From a virus, in IMG/VR virus record IMGVR_UViG_3300031857_000122, positions 4,965 through 68,964 of that record: DNA of 64,000 nt. One strand, 5' to 3'. The first letter of the stretch is position 1. Each line of letters opens with the position of its first letter. The notes beneath the pieces were generated by a model. It saw only the letters and a list, made by a program, of their open reading frames with translations, searched no databases and was not told the DNA's origin. Of the stretch, positions 50,302-58,754 are shown piece after piece. A program made the position numbers and the translations under genes.

Positions 50302-50866
50302 CATACTTTTTAAGGGCTTGATTGTTCTCCTCATTATTGCCCTTCTTATGGACAACAAGAGGGTGAGGGAACAGAACGAAAGGCTGGGGAAAGACATCTC
50401 CGGCCTTTCTGTTGCCCTTCAGACATACGTTGATACAACACGCAACGGCTTCGGCCAGATGAGGGCCGTAACATCCACAATAGTGTTGAGCCAGGAACAA
50501 GCTAACAGAATCCTGAAAGGAGAAATGGCTATGCTACGGGAGCGTTTTGATGTACGCATCAACGGCCTGAAGGCGTACACACAAATAGGGACAAGATATT
50601 TGATTCCCATTAGCATCCCCGGCAAGGACACGATAATTTACAACAACAAGGAGACAGTGTATTACACACCACAGGGAACGCTCTACACGAACGGGGATTC
50701 TCTTATGGGTGTTCTGTCTTTGAGTGACACAGTGAGGGTGTTGGTGAGCAAAGGAAAGCGTGAGCAGTGGTGGAAACTATGGAAGAAGCGTCCTCTTGTT
50801 ACGAATGTCTTTCTTGCCAATCCAGACGGCTCTGTCACTTCCTTGAAATCCGTATTGTCTGAATAG
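50282..50866 (+). CDS. spanin-like membrane-anchored coiled-coil protein
   Basis: N-terminal TM, coiled coil, C-terminal WWKLWKKR. Confidence 0.5.
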   Translation: MTSLPFDILFKGLIVLLIIALLMDNKRVREQNERLGKDISGLSVALQTYVDTTRNGFGQMRAVTSTIVLSQEQANRILKGEMAMLRERFDVRINGLKAYTQIGTRYLIPISIPGKDTIIYNNKETVYYTPQGTLYTNGDSLMGVLSLSDTVRVLVSKGKREQWWKLWKKRPLVTNVFLANPDGSVTSLKSVLSE

Positions 50867-50879
50867 TTATATTTGCATT

Positions 50880-51851
50880 ATGCATAATGCTTTTCACATA
50901 TCTCCCGTTAAAGGACTTCCCAAGCCAATGCAGGGAGGGAAGTGGGAGATAGTGAATGAGTTTAGGGGCAAGAGCCACAGGGACGGAGGCATAGACATAT
51001 TAGTAGAAGGGGGTGAGGTGAGACAGATTCACGCTCCCGGAGAGAAGCCTGATGTCATTGCTAAGAACGGCAGGGTTTGGAAAGACATTGGCGCAGCGGC
51101 CTATGGTGTAGGGGAGGGGTTGTTAGACACCGTCACCCTTGGCGCAACAGACCAGCTTACAGATGCTGGCTACAAGGCTTTACAGAAAGCCGGAGGTAGC
51201 ACAGAGCAGGAGATGCGTGAGCAGAATAGCCTTCGTGGATATGGAACAACAGCCGGAGCTATAGGAGGGGGATTCCTTACAGGAGGAGCCACAATAGGCT
51301 CTGCTATACAGCAGGGAGCAAAGGGCGTAGGAGCAGGCGTGAGCGAAGGCTCTCCTGACAGCAAGTTTGCACAGGCCGTAGGAACATATTTGCCTCTTGC
51401 AGGGGGCATAGCCGGGATGGCAACGGGCAATGCCGGGTATGCAAATGCAGGGATAAAGGCATTGGGTAACGCCGATAAGATAGCAAGGCTCACAAAGTTT
51501 GCCAACATTGCCGACAAGGCTGGAAAGATAGGCAAGTTCAATCCCCTCATTCAGGCAGGAGCCTCTGCTCTTGGAGCAATGGGAAAGCAACAGCCTCTTA
51601 ACCTCGGCCCTACACAGGAAGCCATTCGTGGTCTTACGCCTTATGCCACTCCCGGAATGATGCAGTCATACAAACAACTCTCCCAGGAGATTGCCGGAGA
51701 AGCATCACCCAGGAGGGGAGCCGGAATGTCAATGATGGATGGAGGGGGCATAGGTGGGTATGAAGGAAGCGGTCCAATACAATTCCAGCAACAGCCCGTG
51801 TATGCTTCCGATGCCTACAACTATTTAAAAAATTACGGAATCAATGCCTAA
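50880..51851 (+). CDS. Gly/Ala-rich putative ejection protein
   Basis: GKSHRDGGI...VEGGE motif and glycine-zipper-like segments; leaderless promoter TATATTTG. Confidence 0.55.
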   Translation: MHNAFHISPVKGLPKPMQGGKWEIVNEFRGKSHRDGGIDILVEGGEVRQIHAPGEKPDVIAKNGRVWKDIGAAAYGVGEGLLDTVTLGATDQLTDAGYKALQKAGGSTEQEMREQNSLRGYGTTAGAIGGGFLTGGATIGSAIQQGAKGVGAGVSEGSPDSKFAQAVGTYLPLAGGIAGMATGNAGYANAGIKALGNADKIARLTKFANIADKAGKIGKFNPLIQAGASALGAMGKQQPLNLGPTQEAIRGLTPYATPGMMQSYKQLSQEIAGEASPRRGAGMSMMDGGGIGGYEGSGPIQFQQQPVYASDAYNYLKNYGINA

Positions 51852-52425
51852 GCACGTAGAAGCAGAGGGAGGAGAACTCCTCATTCGTTCCTCCAATGGG
51901 TATATGGCTATTGTTCCAAAGAACATGGCTGCCTTCGTTAAGGAGCACATTAAGAGCGGCAATCACGCAGCCGTAGACCATTACGTGAAAGGCTTACAGG
52001 AAATGAAGGACGGAGGCAAGGCTCAGGATGGCGGCAAGATGAGTCCTCCGATTAAGGAAGACTGGATGAGGGGTGATGGGACAATGAAGGATGTGGGCTA
52101 TTACGGGAAGCTGAAGTCTCCTTCCGGCAAAACCGTTACAGAATATTCCATACAGGCTCCCGTTCTTGGCAGGAGAATGGATGTGCCTTCACTTGTTCCG
52201 GGATTAACTGAAGAAGAGAAGAAGCACATCCTTGAAGATGTTGATAAGCGTAAGTCTTGGGATAAGACATGGGAAGCCATTGAAAAGAAGGCGGCTCAAC
52301 ACGCCAATCAAAGAGCAATGATGGGTATGAGCCCATTCTATTCCTCTCCGTTAGAATCCGAAAAGTTGTTTGCCGTCCCATCTGTAAGCACAAGAGTTGC
52401 TCCTCCAATAATATTTAAGAAATGA
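51844..52425 (+). CDS. hypothetical protein (EAEGGE motif plus C-terminal domain)
   Basis: VEAEGGE, MKDGGKAQDGG linker, RGDGT.K...TEYSI...PSLVP...GMSPF domain. Confidence 0.6.
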   Translation: MPKHVEAEGGELLIRSSNGYMAIVPKNMAAFVKEHIKSGNHAAVDHYVKGLQEMKDGGKAQDGGKMSPPIKEDWMRGDGTMKDVGYYGKLKSPSGKTVTEYSIQAPVLGRRMDVPSLVPGLTEEEKKHILEDVDKRKSWDKTWEAIEKKAAQHANQRAMMGMSPFYSSPLESEKLFAVPSVSTRVAPPIIFKK

Positions 52426-52553
52426 AAAAGACAAAAGGTTCAAGCGGCCCCGTAGCTAAAATATCTTTCGGCAAACGCCGGGAGGGCAAGCATCAGAAAA
52501 CTTATGGCCCGAAAGCCAGCAAGCCAAAGAAATATAGAGGACAAGGAAAATGA
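52422..52553 (+). CDS. 43-aa basic protein ending KKYRGQGK (absent from the ORF track)
   Basis: Hand translation MKKTKGSSGPVAKISFGKRREGKHQKTYGPKASKPKKYRGQGK; ATGA-coupled on both sides. Confidence 0.7.
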   Translation: MKKTKGSSGPVAKISFGKRREGKHQKTYGPKASKPKKYRGQGK

Positions 52554-52921
52554 AAAACAAAATCAAAGACTTTCTGGTGGAATGGCACGAGGGGCTTCTC
52601 GCTCCCGTTTATTATTTCGGATTCCTCTTGCTGTACAATTACATCAGCCTGTGGCTACACGACGAGGCGGCAGCCCTCTATCCCATCGGGAGGTATGTTG
52701 ATATGCTTTCCATTCCTTCCCGTTACTACCTTGTAGTGGTGATTGGAACGCTCGGCTTCCGCATTAACACACCACAACTATTCCGTGCCGTATTTGGGGA
52801 CAGAGCCAACGGAAAACTCCGTGACAACATTGTTAAGGACAATCACTTCCAAACCCTATGGCTCGCACTATTCTCCTATGGCTTGCATTTGCTTATAGCG
52901 GCTCTTGTGTCGCTCAAGTAG
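52550..52921 (+). CDS. holin-like membrane protein
   Basis: Three hydrophobic segments; directly upstream of the lysin. Confidence 0.55.
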   Translation: MKNKIKDFLVEWHEGLLAPVYYFGFLLLYNYISLWLHDEAAALYPIGRYVDMLSIPSRYYLVVVIGTLGFRINTPQLFRAVFGDRANGKLRDNIVKDNHFQTLWLALFSYGLHLLIAALVSLK

Positions 52922-53364
52922 ATTGCCTAAAGCAACAAGCCAAGCGTCTGATTGGCACACGCGAAGGTCCAATCAACAATCGTGGCCCCCGTGTTGATAG
53001 CATCATCCGTTACGCAGGAGGCAAGCCGGGACAGGCTTGGTGTAGCTATGCTATGATATATCTGTGGAAGAAATGTGGCATCCCCTACAAGGGAGCCAAT
53101 GGTCTTGCTTCCTCCTGGGCAAAGCCGGAAAAGGCTGTCCGTGATAAGGTGAGGGAAACAGATGTGTTCACGGTGTATAACAAGGCTCTGGGAAGAGTGG
53201 GCCACGTTGGCCTTGTCTACCAGACATTCCCGGAGGAGCCGTTCTTCAAGTCCTTTGAGGGAAACATAAACGCAAGAGGGGACAGAGAAAGCCACAGGTC
53301 TATGGCAGGATGCCTAATGAGGGAATACAGGGGGATGAATGGTTTTTATAGGTGGACTAAATAG
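52858..53364 (+). CDS. CHAP-domain endolysin with a putative signal peptide
   Basis: AWCSYAM (Cys), GHVGLV (His), EGN; N-terminus MARTILLWLAFAYSGSCVA-Q. Confidence 0.8.
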   Translation: MARTILLWLAFAYSGSCVAQVDCLKQQAKRLIGTREGPINNRGPRVDSIIRYAGGKPGQAWCSYAMIYLWKKCGIPYKGANGLASSWAKPEKAVRDKVRETDVFTVYNKALGRVGHVGLVYQTFPEEPFFKSFEGNINARGDRESHRSMAGCLMREYRGMNGFYRWTK

Positions 53365-53415
53365 AAAAGAAAAGAGGGAAGCAATCGCCTCCCCCGTTTC
53401 GACATTGTACACCAA

Positions 53416-53658
53416 TTATAAATCATCCGTACACCAGATGGGAGTCTTGTCCCCCATCCATGCACCTTTCGTGTTGTAGTGGAAGTATTCCACAGCGTCT
53501 TCTTCCGACATCCCCTGGGCCACCAGAATTTCTATGCACTTAGACACAGAGTAAATCAATCTCATTGAGTTGTCATCAACGCCTATGATGGCATCATCGA
53601 ACCCGTCTGCTTTAAGGAATTCCTCGTCGGGAAACCATTCCAATATCTCGTCCAGCAT
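53416..53658 (-). CDS. hypothetical phage protein
   Basis: ADGFDDAIIG...EDAVEYFHYN...TPIW, a family I recognise from aquatic phages. Confidence 0.7.
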   Translation of the reverse strand: MLDEILEWFPDEEFLKADGFDDAIIGVDDNSMRLIYSVSKCIEILVAQGMSEEDAVEYFHYNTKGAWMGDKTPIWCTDDL

Positions 53659-54047
53659 TATACTTTGTCGTCTATTTTGTGATTGTTGATAATATACAAA
53701 GGTAGGAATAGTTGCCGTTCAAATCCCTCGTCCTTGAAATGAAGGTAGCTTCCCATGTTTAGGATGAGCTGACGTGGAATCCTGTACGTCCCGTATTCGT
53801 CTGTAAGTTCTACGGTGTCGAACTTCTTAGCCACACGCAGAACGTATTCGTTGAAGCCATAGGCTTTGGCTTTCTTCATCAGGTGTTTCTCCCTGTTTCT
53901 GGTTACTTCAAACACCCTGTCAGCAAGGCGTACACGGCCTATCAGGCGGCCTCCCTTGCTGTTCTTCAGGTAGAGGGTGAGATATAGGAATCCATCCTTC
54001 TCATCCACCTCTATGCGTTCCCCTTCTTTACTCGTTAGTGTCTCCAT
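53658..54047 (-). CDS. hypothetical protein
   Basis: ORF in the operon; GFERQLFLP. Confidence 0.6.
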   Translation of the reverse strand: METLTSKEGERIEVDEKDGFLYLTLYLKNSKGGRLIGRVRLADRVFEVTRNREKHLMKKAKAYGFNEYVLRVAKKFDTVELTDEYGTYRIPRQLILNMGSYLHFKDEGFERQLFLPLYIINNHKIDDKV

Positions 54048-54336
54048 TGTCAAAGTTGTTTATGTAATCAATGAATTTAGCACGTTCCTCCGGGGTGAGG
54101 TCGTAGAGTTTCCACACCATCCCCACAATAGCGGAGTTGATGTCGTCCTCTGCTTCCGCCATCTCCGGCCCAATACCCTGATGAAGGTATCGTTCAAACT
54201 CCTGAGCGTGGTGCATGAGCCTATTGAAGTGCATCTTTGCCTCGTTACGCAACACCTTGCCGGAATGCTGTATTACAACACCGGACTCAATGACACCCTT
54301 AACGAAGCAGGTGAACTTGGAAAAATCGTTCTTCAT
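54028..54336 (-). CDS. hypothetical protein
   Basis: ORF coupled to the LytTR gene. Confidence 0.6.
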   Translation of the reverse strand: MKNDFSKFTCFVKGVIESGVVIQHSGKVLRNEAKMHFNRLMHHAQEFERYLHQGIGPEMAEAEDDINSAIVGMVWKLYDLTPEERAKFIDYINNFDNGDTNE

Positions 54337-54674
54337 AGCTTCTTGAATTGCTCAATGAATTTGTCGTGATGGATTTCGCTCTTGATGAATCCTATCTTAG
54401 CTCCGTTACGGAAAGCCACATCCACTTGCCTTCCGACACGGGAGTGAACGCTGGACACCTGAGCGAGATTGATTAGGTATGTCCGCTGTATGCGAACAAG
54501 GAACGGGAACATCCTGTCGGCTTCCTGTGTGGTCCCGTGTATCTTGATGGGCTCCGGAGAGCCTATGCAATGAACGGCAAAGTGCTCCCTGTTCTGTTCG
54601 ATGTAAACGATGTCTTGTGGGTTGATGGCGTACAGCCCCAAGCCCAATGTGTCTGTTCTTCCTTTTACTATCAT
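54333..54674 (-). CDS. stand-alone LytTR DNA-binding domain protein
   Basis: DIVYIE...FLVRIQRTYLINLAQV matches the LytTR F.RxHRSYxVN pattern. Confidence 0.7.
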   Translation of the reverse strand: MIVKGRTDTLGLGLYAINPQDIVYIEQNREHFAVHCIGSPEPIKIHGTTQEADRMFPFLVRIQRTYLINLAQVSSVHSRVGRQVDVAFRNGAKIGFIKSEIHHDKFIEQFKKL

Positions 54675-54678
54675 AGCG

Positions 54679-54711
54679 TAAATTTAATTTGATTTATTTC
54701 ACATTAGCAAA
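54679..54711 (-). promoter_or_regulatory. promoter with TTTGCTAATGTGAAATAA box, leaderless
   Basis: 17/18 identity to 1681-1698; TAAATTTA lies 4 nt before the ATG. Confidence 0.6.
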
Positions 54712-54786
54712 TAATATTATACAAAGAGCAAAAAAAGGAGGACTAATAGCCCTCCCCTTTAACTAAAACAAAAGAAAAATAGTTCT

Positions 54787-54936
54787 CTATTTCTTCTTGG
54801 CAGTCTTTGCAGACTCCTTAAAAGCCTTGGCTGTGGGCGCACCCTTCTCACCTGGCTTCCTCATTGTTTCTCCGCTTCCGGCAGCAATCCTTGCTTTTTT
54901 AGCGGCGATGTTACTGTACAATCCTGGCTTGCTCAT
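54787..54936 (-). CDS. 49-aa basic protein (absent from the ORF track)
   Basis: Hand translation MSKPGLYSNIAAKKARIAAGSGETMRKPGEKGAPTAKAFKESAKTAKKK. Confidence 0.75.
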   Translation of the reverse strand: MSKPGLYSNIAAKKARIAAGSGETMRKPGEKGAPTAKAFKESAKTAKKK

Positions 54937-55103
54937 TTCTTCTTCATGGGTTTAGCCATAGGAGCAGACTTCATAGCAGGCTTTGACTTCCCAGCCTTAG
55001 ACAAAGCTATCGCTACGCTTTGGGCTTGGGGTCTTCCGGCTTTCATTTCTGTCTTGATGTTGGCCGCCACGACGGCTTTTGAAGTTCCTTTTTTTAACGG
55101 CAT
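54933..55103 (-). CDS. 56-aa basic protein (absent from the ORF track)
   Basis: Hand translation MPLKKGTSKAVVAANIKTEMKAGRPQAQSVAIALSKAGK...; ATGA overlap with the next gene. Confidence 0.75.
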   Translation of the reverse strand: MPLKKGTSKAVVAANIKTEMKAGRPQAQSVAIALSKAGKSKPAMKSAPMAKPMKKK

Positions 55104-55199
55104 GATTATTTGTGTTTAAATGTTTCCGAAAAATAAAAAAGCCATCAGAATATCCAATGGCCTTTCTCACAATTAACCAATAAAACTATAGCGCATTCT

Positions 55200-55700
55200 T
55201 TATTTAATAACTACAGAGATGTTCTCCTTCACAGAAGCCCCCTCAATGGCGGCCCCTGCTTCCAGAAGTTCTTTGATGGCTGTCTTACTCACTTCCTTCT
55301 TAATCACGAAGGCTTCCTGTGGGAGAGCCTGCTCGTCCGTGATTTCAATGGATGTGGACTTGCGTGTGGACAGCTTTACCAGAGGCGTTTCAAAGCGTTT
55401 GATACCCTTAGCATCCTCGTGTCCGAAGACCAGAAGCGCACCCTTGAGTGTGTCCTTCAGGCGAGCAACAGCGTTCTCCTTCGTCTTCTTGATGGCCTGT
55501 ATGCGTTTGATTTCAGCAGAGGCAACATCCACTTCGCTGTCCCATTTGAGAATCAGCTTGGCATAGCCTTCTGCCTTGTGTGCGAAGTTCTCCCGGCTAA
55601 TAGCCAGTTCCTCCATCACTTCGTCCGTGGCCTCGCCCCCGGCCTCCTCAATAAGGGAGGCAAGGGCAAGGAATTCTTGTGTAATTTCCCAGAGATTCAT
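55200..55700 (-). CDS. Siphovirus Gp157 family protein
   Basis: MNLWEIT...KAEGYAKLI...EIKRIQ...LSTRKS...KTAIKELLEAG.IEGA. Confidence 0.85.
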   Translation of the reverse strand: MNLWEITQEFLALASLIEEAGGEATDEVMEELAISRENFAHKAEGYAKLILKWDSEVDVASAEIKRIQAIKKTKENAVARLKDTLKGALLVFGHEDAKGIKRFETPLVKLSTRKSTSIEITDEQALPQEAFVIKKEVSKTAIKELLEAGAAIEGASVKENISVVIK

Positions 55701-55712
55701 AGTGTACTCAGA

Positions 55713-56390
55713 TTAAAATGGCAAATCTGAATCATCTTCTACATGATGCGGAGCCACTTCCTTCTTAGCGTAGTGGTGAGCATCCTCGTTCTTCATAGCC
55801 GGAGCCGGGGCAGGCTGTGAGAACATAGCCTTGTATTCCTTACTGGAACGCACCTTCTCTTTGAGGAAGTCTGGGAGTAGCTCGAAGTGATTGGGGTTCC
55901 AATCCTGGAGGCTGAACTCAAAGTTGGAGTTCACCTGTGGAGGGCAGGTCATGTTCTTCATCAGAGGCGTAGCAGAAGCAATCTCGTCATAGATGCGAGA
56001 CGGGTCTTTCTTGCTCGGCTTGTGGATGATGTTGAGCAGGCAAGGGATACCAAGAAGTCTTGTAACATCAAAGGAGGCGGCCTCCTCCTCAGTGAAGTCC
56101 TTGCCTCTCCAAGATTTAAGGAAGGCACGAAGGTTAGACTTCTCGTTCATGGAGAGTGTAAACTCTTTAGAGATGACACAGGGCTGTTCTCCCTTGTCAG
56201 CATTGAACACACGAAGCTCATCAGGTAGCTCGAATGTCAAACGAATCTTGTGAACTTGCTTCTCCTGACCGAGGATAACCTCAGATAGAGTGCCAAGTTC
56301 CACCATAGAGTAGCAACGAGCGATGTGGTTGCCAGCGGGGATGAGAGTGTAATTGCTCTCTCCTCCCTTGTTAGTTGCGATGATAGCCAT
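55713..56390 (-). CDS. phage single-stranded DNA-binding protein
   Basis: IPAGNHIARC..VELGT...KSNLR..L.SW.G pattern; acidic DDSDLPF tail; promoter TACATTTG at ~56441-56448. Confidence 0.7.
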   Translation of the reverse strand: MAIIATNKGGESNYTLIPAGNHIARCYSMVELGTLSEVILGQEKQVHKIRLTFELPDELRVFNADKGEQPCVISKEFTLSMNEKSNLRAFLKSWRGKDFTEEEAASFDVTRLLGIPCLLNIIHKPSKKDPSRIYDEIASATPLMKNMTCPPQVNSNFEFSLQDWNPNHFELLPDFLKEKVRSSKEYKAMFSQPAPAPAMKNEDAHHYAKKEVAPHHVEDDSDLPF

Positions 56391-56626
56391 AACGGAAATG
56401 TGTTGTGAAATAATTATTGATTTGTTTTGCTTTGGAGGGACAAATGTAGTTTGCGTGTTTGTGATTTACAAATATATGTTTTAATAAATTGCAAATCAAC
56501 AGCATACGGCAACGCATTGCCATAGATTTGAGGGCACGAAAGCCACTCAAAAGAGCAGGGGAAAATTCCCATATTTCCCAGATTTTCCTGGGTGAGCCTA
56601 CAACCCACCCCCACGCCCCCGGAGTA

Positions 56627-56641
56627 AATTGTCCGGAAAAT
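56627..56641 (+). repeat. 15-bp element AATTGTCCGGAAAAT (inverted copy at 63546-63560)
   Basis: Exact reverse-complement match. Confidence 0.6.
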
Positions 56642-56713
56642 GGAATTCCCTGGGGAACGAACGGATTTTGGTTTTGGTGCGAGCTATACGCCAAAAGGGG
56701 CATAACCGCACAA

Positions 56714-56890
56714 TTAAGAGACAGCCTTGCCATAAGCGCAATAAAGGATGATGGCGAACACAAAGAACAGAGCCGTTCCTTCAAGGATTCCGGTTTTGTC
56801 CCGGTCTTTATAGGATTTGACAATGTGTGCAAACGAAGTGGCTGCGAACATAGCCACATAGATGAGTACGAATATATTGTAAGCGAGCAT
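56714..56890 (-). CDS. 58-aa two-TM membrane protein (absent from the ORF track)
   Basis: Hand translation MLAYNIFVLIYVAMFAATSFAHIVKSYKDRDKTGILEGTALFFVFAIILYCAYGKAVS. Confidence 0.65.
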   Translation of the reverse strand: MLAYNIFVLIYVAMFAATSFAHIVKSYKDRDKTGILEGTALFFVFAIILYCAYGKAVS

Positions 56891-56894
56891 AGTT

Positions 56895-57068
56895 TTAGAA
56901 ACGAAAAGATTGGTAAATGAATAACATGATGAAGAAGGCGGCCATCATTATGTAGATGTAGCCAATGCGAACATGGCCTCTCTCAAAGTTGTAATGTGAA
57001 CGCCAGACGCAGAAGAACCCTGCGAGTACGCATCCAATGAGGATGCAGAAGTCAATTAGTACATTCAT
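56895..57068 (-). CDS. 57-aa two-TM membrane protein (absent from the ORF track)
   Basis: Hand translation MNVLIDFCILIGCVLAGFFCVWRSHYNFERGHVRIGYIYIMMAAFFIMLFIYQSFRF. Confidence 0.65.
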   Translation of the reverse strand: MNVLIDFCILIGCVLAGFFCVWRSHYNFERGHVRIGYIYIMMAAFFIMLFIYQSFRF

Positions 57069-57448
57069 AGTTTTGATAGATGGTTATTGATGTCCTGAAT
57101 AAATTCCCTACGTTCTTGTTCGTGCTTCCAGCAAGAATGTTGGCATGATTCCACAGCTTCAACAAGCGTCTCAGCGCAAGCCCATTTCCCTGCGTAGCGT
57201 TCATAGGTGTCGTATTCGGGAATGGCAATATACAACATTCCCCAAGCAAGCCATCCGTAGCCCTCTGTATCCTGATAGCGGTATTCCATGTCGGCAGTGA
57301 ATGCATAGTATATGGGCTTGTCGTACATCTCCTCGAGATGGGCAAAGAAGTCATCAGCACTGGGAGGTGTGAATCCCTCGTGAGGGGAAAGGGAACGAGT
57401 GTTCCCCTCCTCTCCGTAGGCATCCTCCATTAGTTCTTGGTACGTCAT
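57065..57448 (-). CDS. early hypothetical acidic protein
   Basis: ATGA-coupled ORF. Confidence 0.65.
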   Translation of the reverse strand: MTYQELMEDAYGEEGNTRSLSPHEGFTPPSADDFFAHLEEMYDKPIYYAFTADMEYRYQDTEGYGWLAWGMLYIAIPEYDTYERYAGKWACAETLVEAVESCQHSCWKHEQERREFIQDINNHLSKL

Positions 57449-57642
57449 GGCCGTGTGTGTTTAGCGTATTCCCGTCCTCTTTCGAGGATGCGCTTCACTT
57501 CCTGATAGGCCGGAGTCCCTTTGCCTCTTAGGGCTTCATTGAAGCGTTCTGCTACGTTCAGGAATTCCTGCCCGTGTGTTGGCTTGCCTTGCCTCTTGCA
57601 TTCTTCCTGAATGGCTTGGAGGCGTTGTGTTGCTGTTGTCAT
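57445..57642 (-). CDS. early hypothetical protein
   Basis: ATGA-coupled ORF. Confidence 0.6.
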   Translation of the reverse strand: MTTATQRLQAIQEECKRQGKPTHGQEFLNVAERFNEALRGKGTPAYQEVKRILERGREYAKHTRP

Positions 57643-57926
57643 AGGTGTGTAAGGATGCAGGTGAAGTTTTTGTACATAGTGATTTCTGCACAGCCCTCAA
57701 CTTTCAGAGAAAGGCTATCCTGTCTTTCCTCCACAGATAGTTGCTTGTCCCTGGTAAAAGAGTGGAGGATGGCTAAATTCCCGCTGTTTATTGATAGCCA
57801 TTTGCAGGGCCAATCAAAACCCTCTTCGGCTATCATAAGCCGGATGCCGTAGCGTTCCCGGTAGGATTCAGGAATCATGTCGAACACTTCCTGAAACATT
57901 TTGTTTGCTGATTCTACTTTTGTCAT
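57639..57926 (-). CDS. early hypothetical protein
   Basis: Preceded by the AATAAACAAT leader. Confidence 0.6.
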   Translation of the reverse strand: MTKVESANKMFQEVFDMIPESYRERYGIRLMIAEEGFDWPCKWLSINSGNLAILHSFTRDKQLSVEERQDSLSLKVEGCAEITMYKNFTCILTHL

Positions 57927-57934
57927 ATTGTTTA

Positions 57935-58243
57935 TTAGTTAGAGGATTGTTCAAGGGATATTGTAATAGTCTGGTAGATGCCGTGGTCGGCATTGGAATC
58001 CATGATGAAGGAAGCCACCTGCTCAGGGGAAGGCTCACCATCCGCCCATAACCATCGGCATTCCTCCATCTCCTGCTCCACTTGTTCGAGCGTAACAGAA
58101 TCACGGAAGCAATCAGCGGATTCCTGAATCTCCTGCCAGTCGTTAGGATGCAGGGCTTCGGGGTAGCAATATTCCACGCGGATGTGGTAGGTGTGTTTGT
58201 CTTTGATGACAGCAAGAACACTGTCGGCTGTTGTGTGTGTCAT
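57935..58243 (-). CDS. early hypothetical protein
   Basis: ORF in the array. Confidence 0.6.
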   Translation of the reverse strand: MTHTTADSVLAVIKDKHTYHIRVEYCYPEALHPNDWQEIQESADCFRDSVTLEQVEQEMEECRWLWADGEPSPEQVASFIMDSNADHGIYQTITISLEQSSN

Positions 58244-58360
58244 GGGGGTACGGGGGTAAGTTTAATTGGTTTGGAAATTGTTTACGAATTGAAATTGTTT
58301 TTTGCGTGAGATAACCGGATGGCACAGGCAAAAGGAGGAGTAATCGCACAAGGCATCCCC

Positions 58361-58753
58361 CTACCCAAAGATGATTTCCTGATAGGCCACCCATTGCAGG
58401 ATGACATCGGCTGTCTCAGCGTCATCATCTTCGTTATACATATTCATCAGGTGTTCTTGTGGTGCGTTCCTCACTCTGTCATGCACCATGTCGAGCGTGA
58501 TGTCTCTGCTGTATTCTCCATCACATTCATGGTCTACGATGCGGAGCGTATCACCTTGCCGGAGTATTTGCATGAGGATGTCTTCCCATGCCGGAGCGGA
58601 TATGCTTTGCGCTCGAAGCGTCTCAGATGCCTTGCGGTAGTCCAAGTTCTTGTAGGTAAGTTCGAGGCCATACCCATCGAAGTACGAAAGGCCATTGCAT
58701 AGGGCGTTCAGGAAGAAGTCTTCCGATTCCTGGGGTGTTAGTAAGATTTGCAT
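58361..58753 (-). CDS. early hypothetical acidic protein
   Basis: DDAETADVILQ...EIIFG C-terminus, common in phage early genes. Confidence 0.7.
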   Translation of the reverse strand: MQILLTPQESEDFFLNALCNGLSYFDGYGLELTYKNLDYRKASETLRAQSISAPAWEDILMQILRQGDTLRIVDHECDGEYSRDITLDMVHDRVRNAPQEHLMNMYNEDDDAETADVILQWVAYQEIIFG

Positions 58754-58754
58754 A

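Noticed and set aside
53715-53730. tRNA T-loop-like GTTCAAATCC
   Set aside because: It lies inside a CDS and has no cloverleaf around it.
56371-56920. ORF-track ORFs 56489..56920 (+) and 56371..56859 (-)
   Set aside because: They cross a promoter and palindromic spacer and conflict with better small membrane ORFs on the minus strand.
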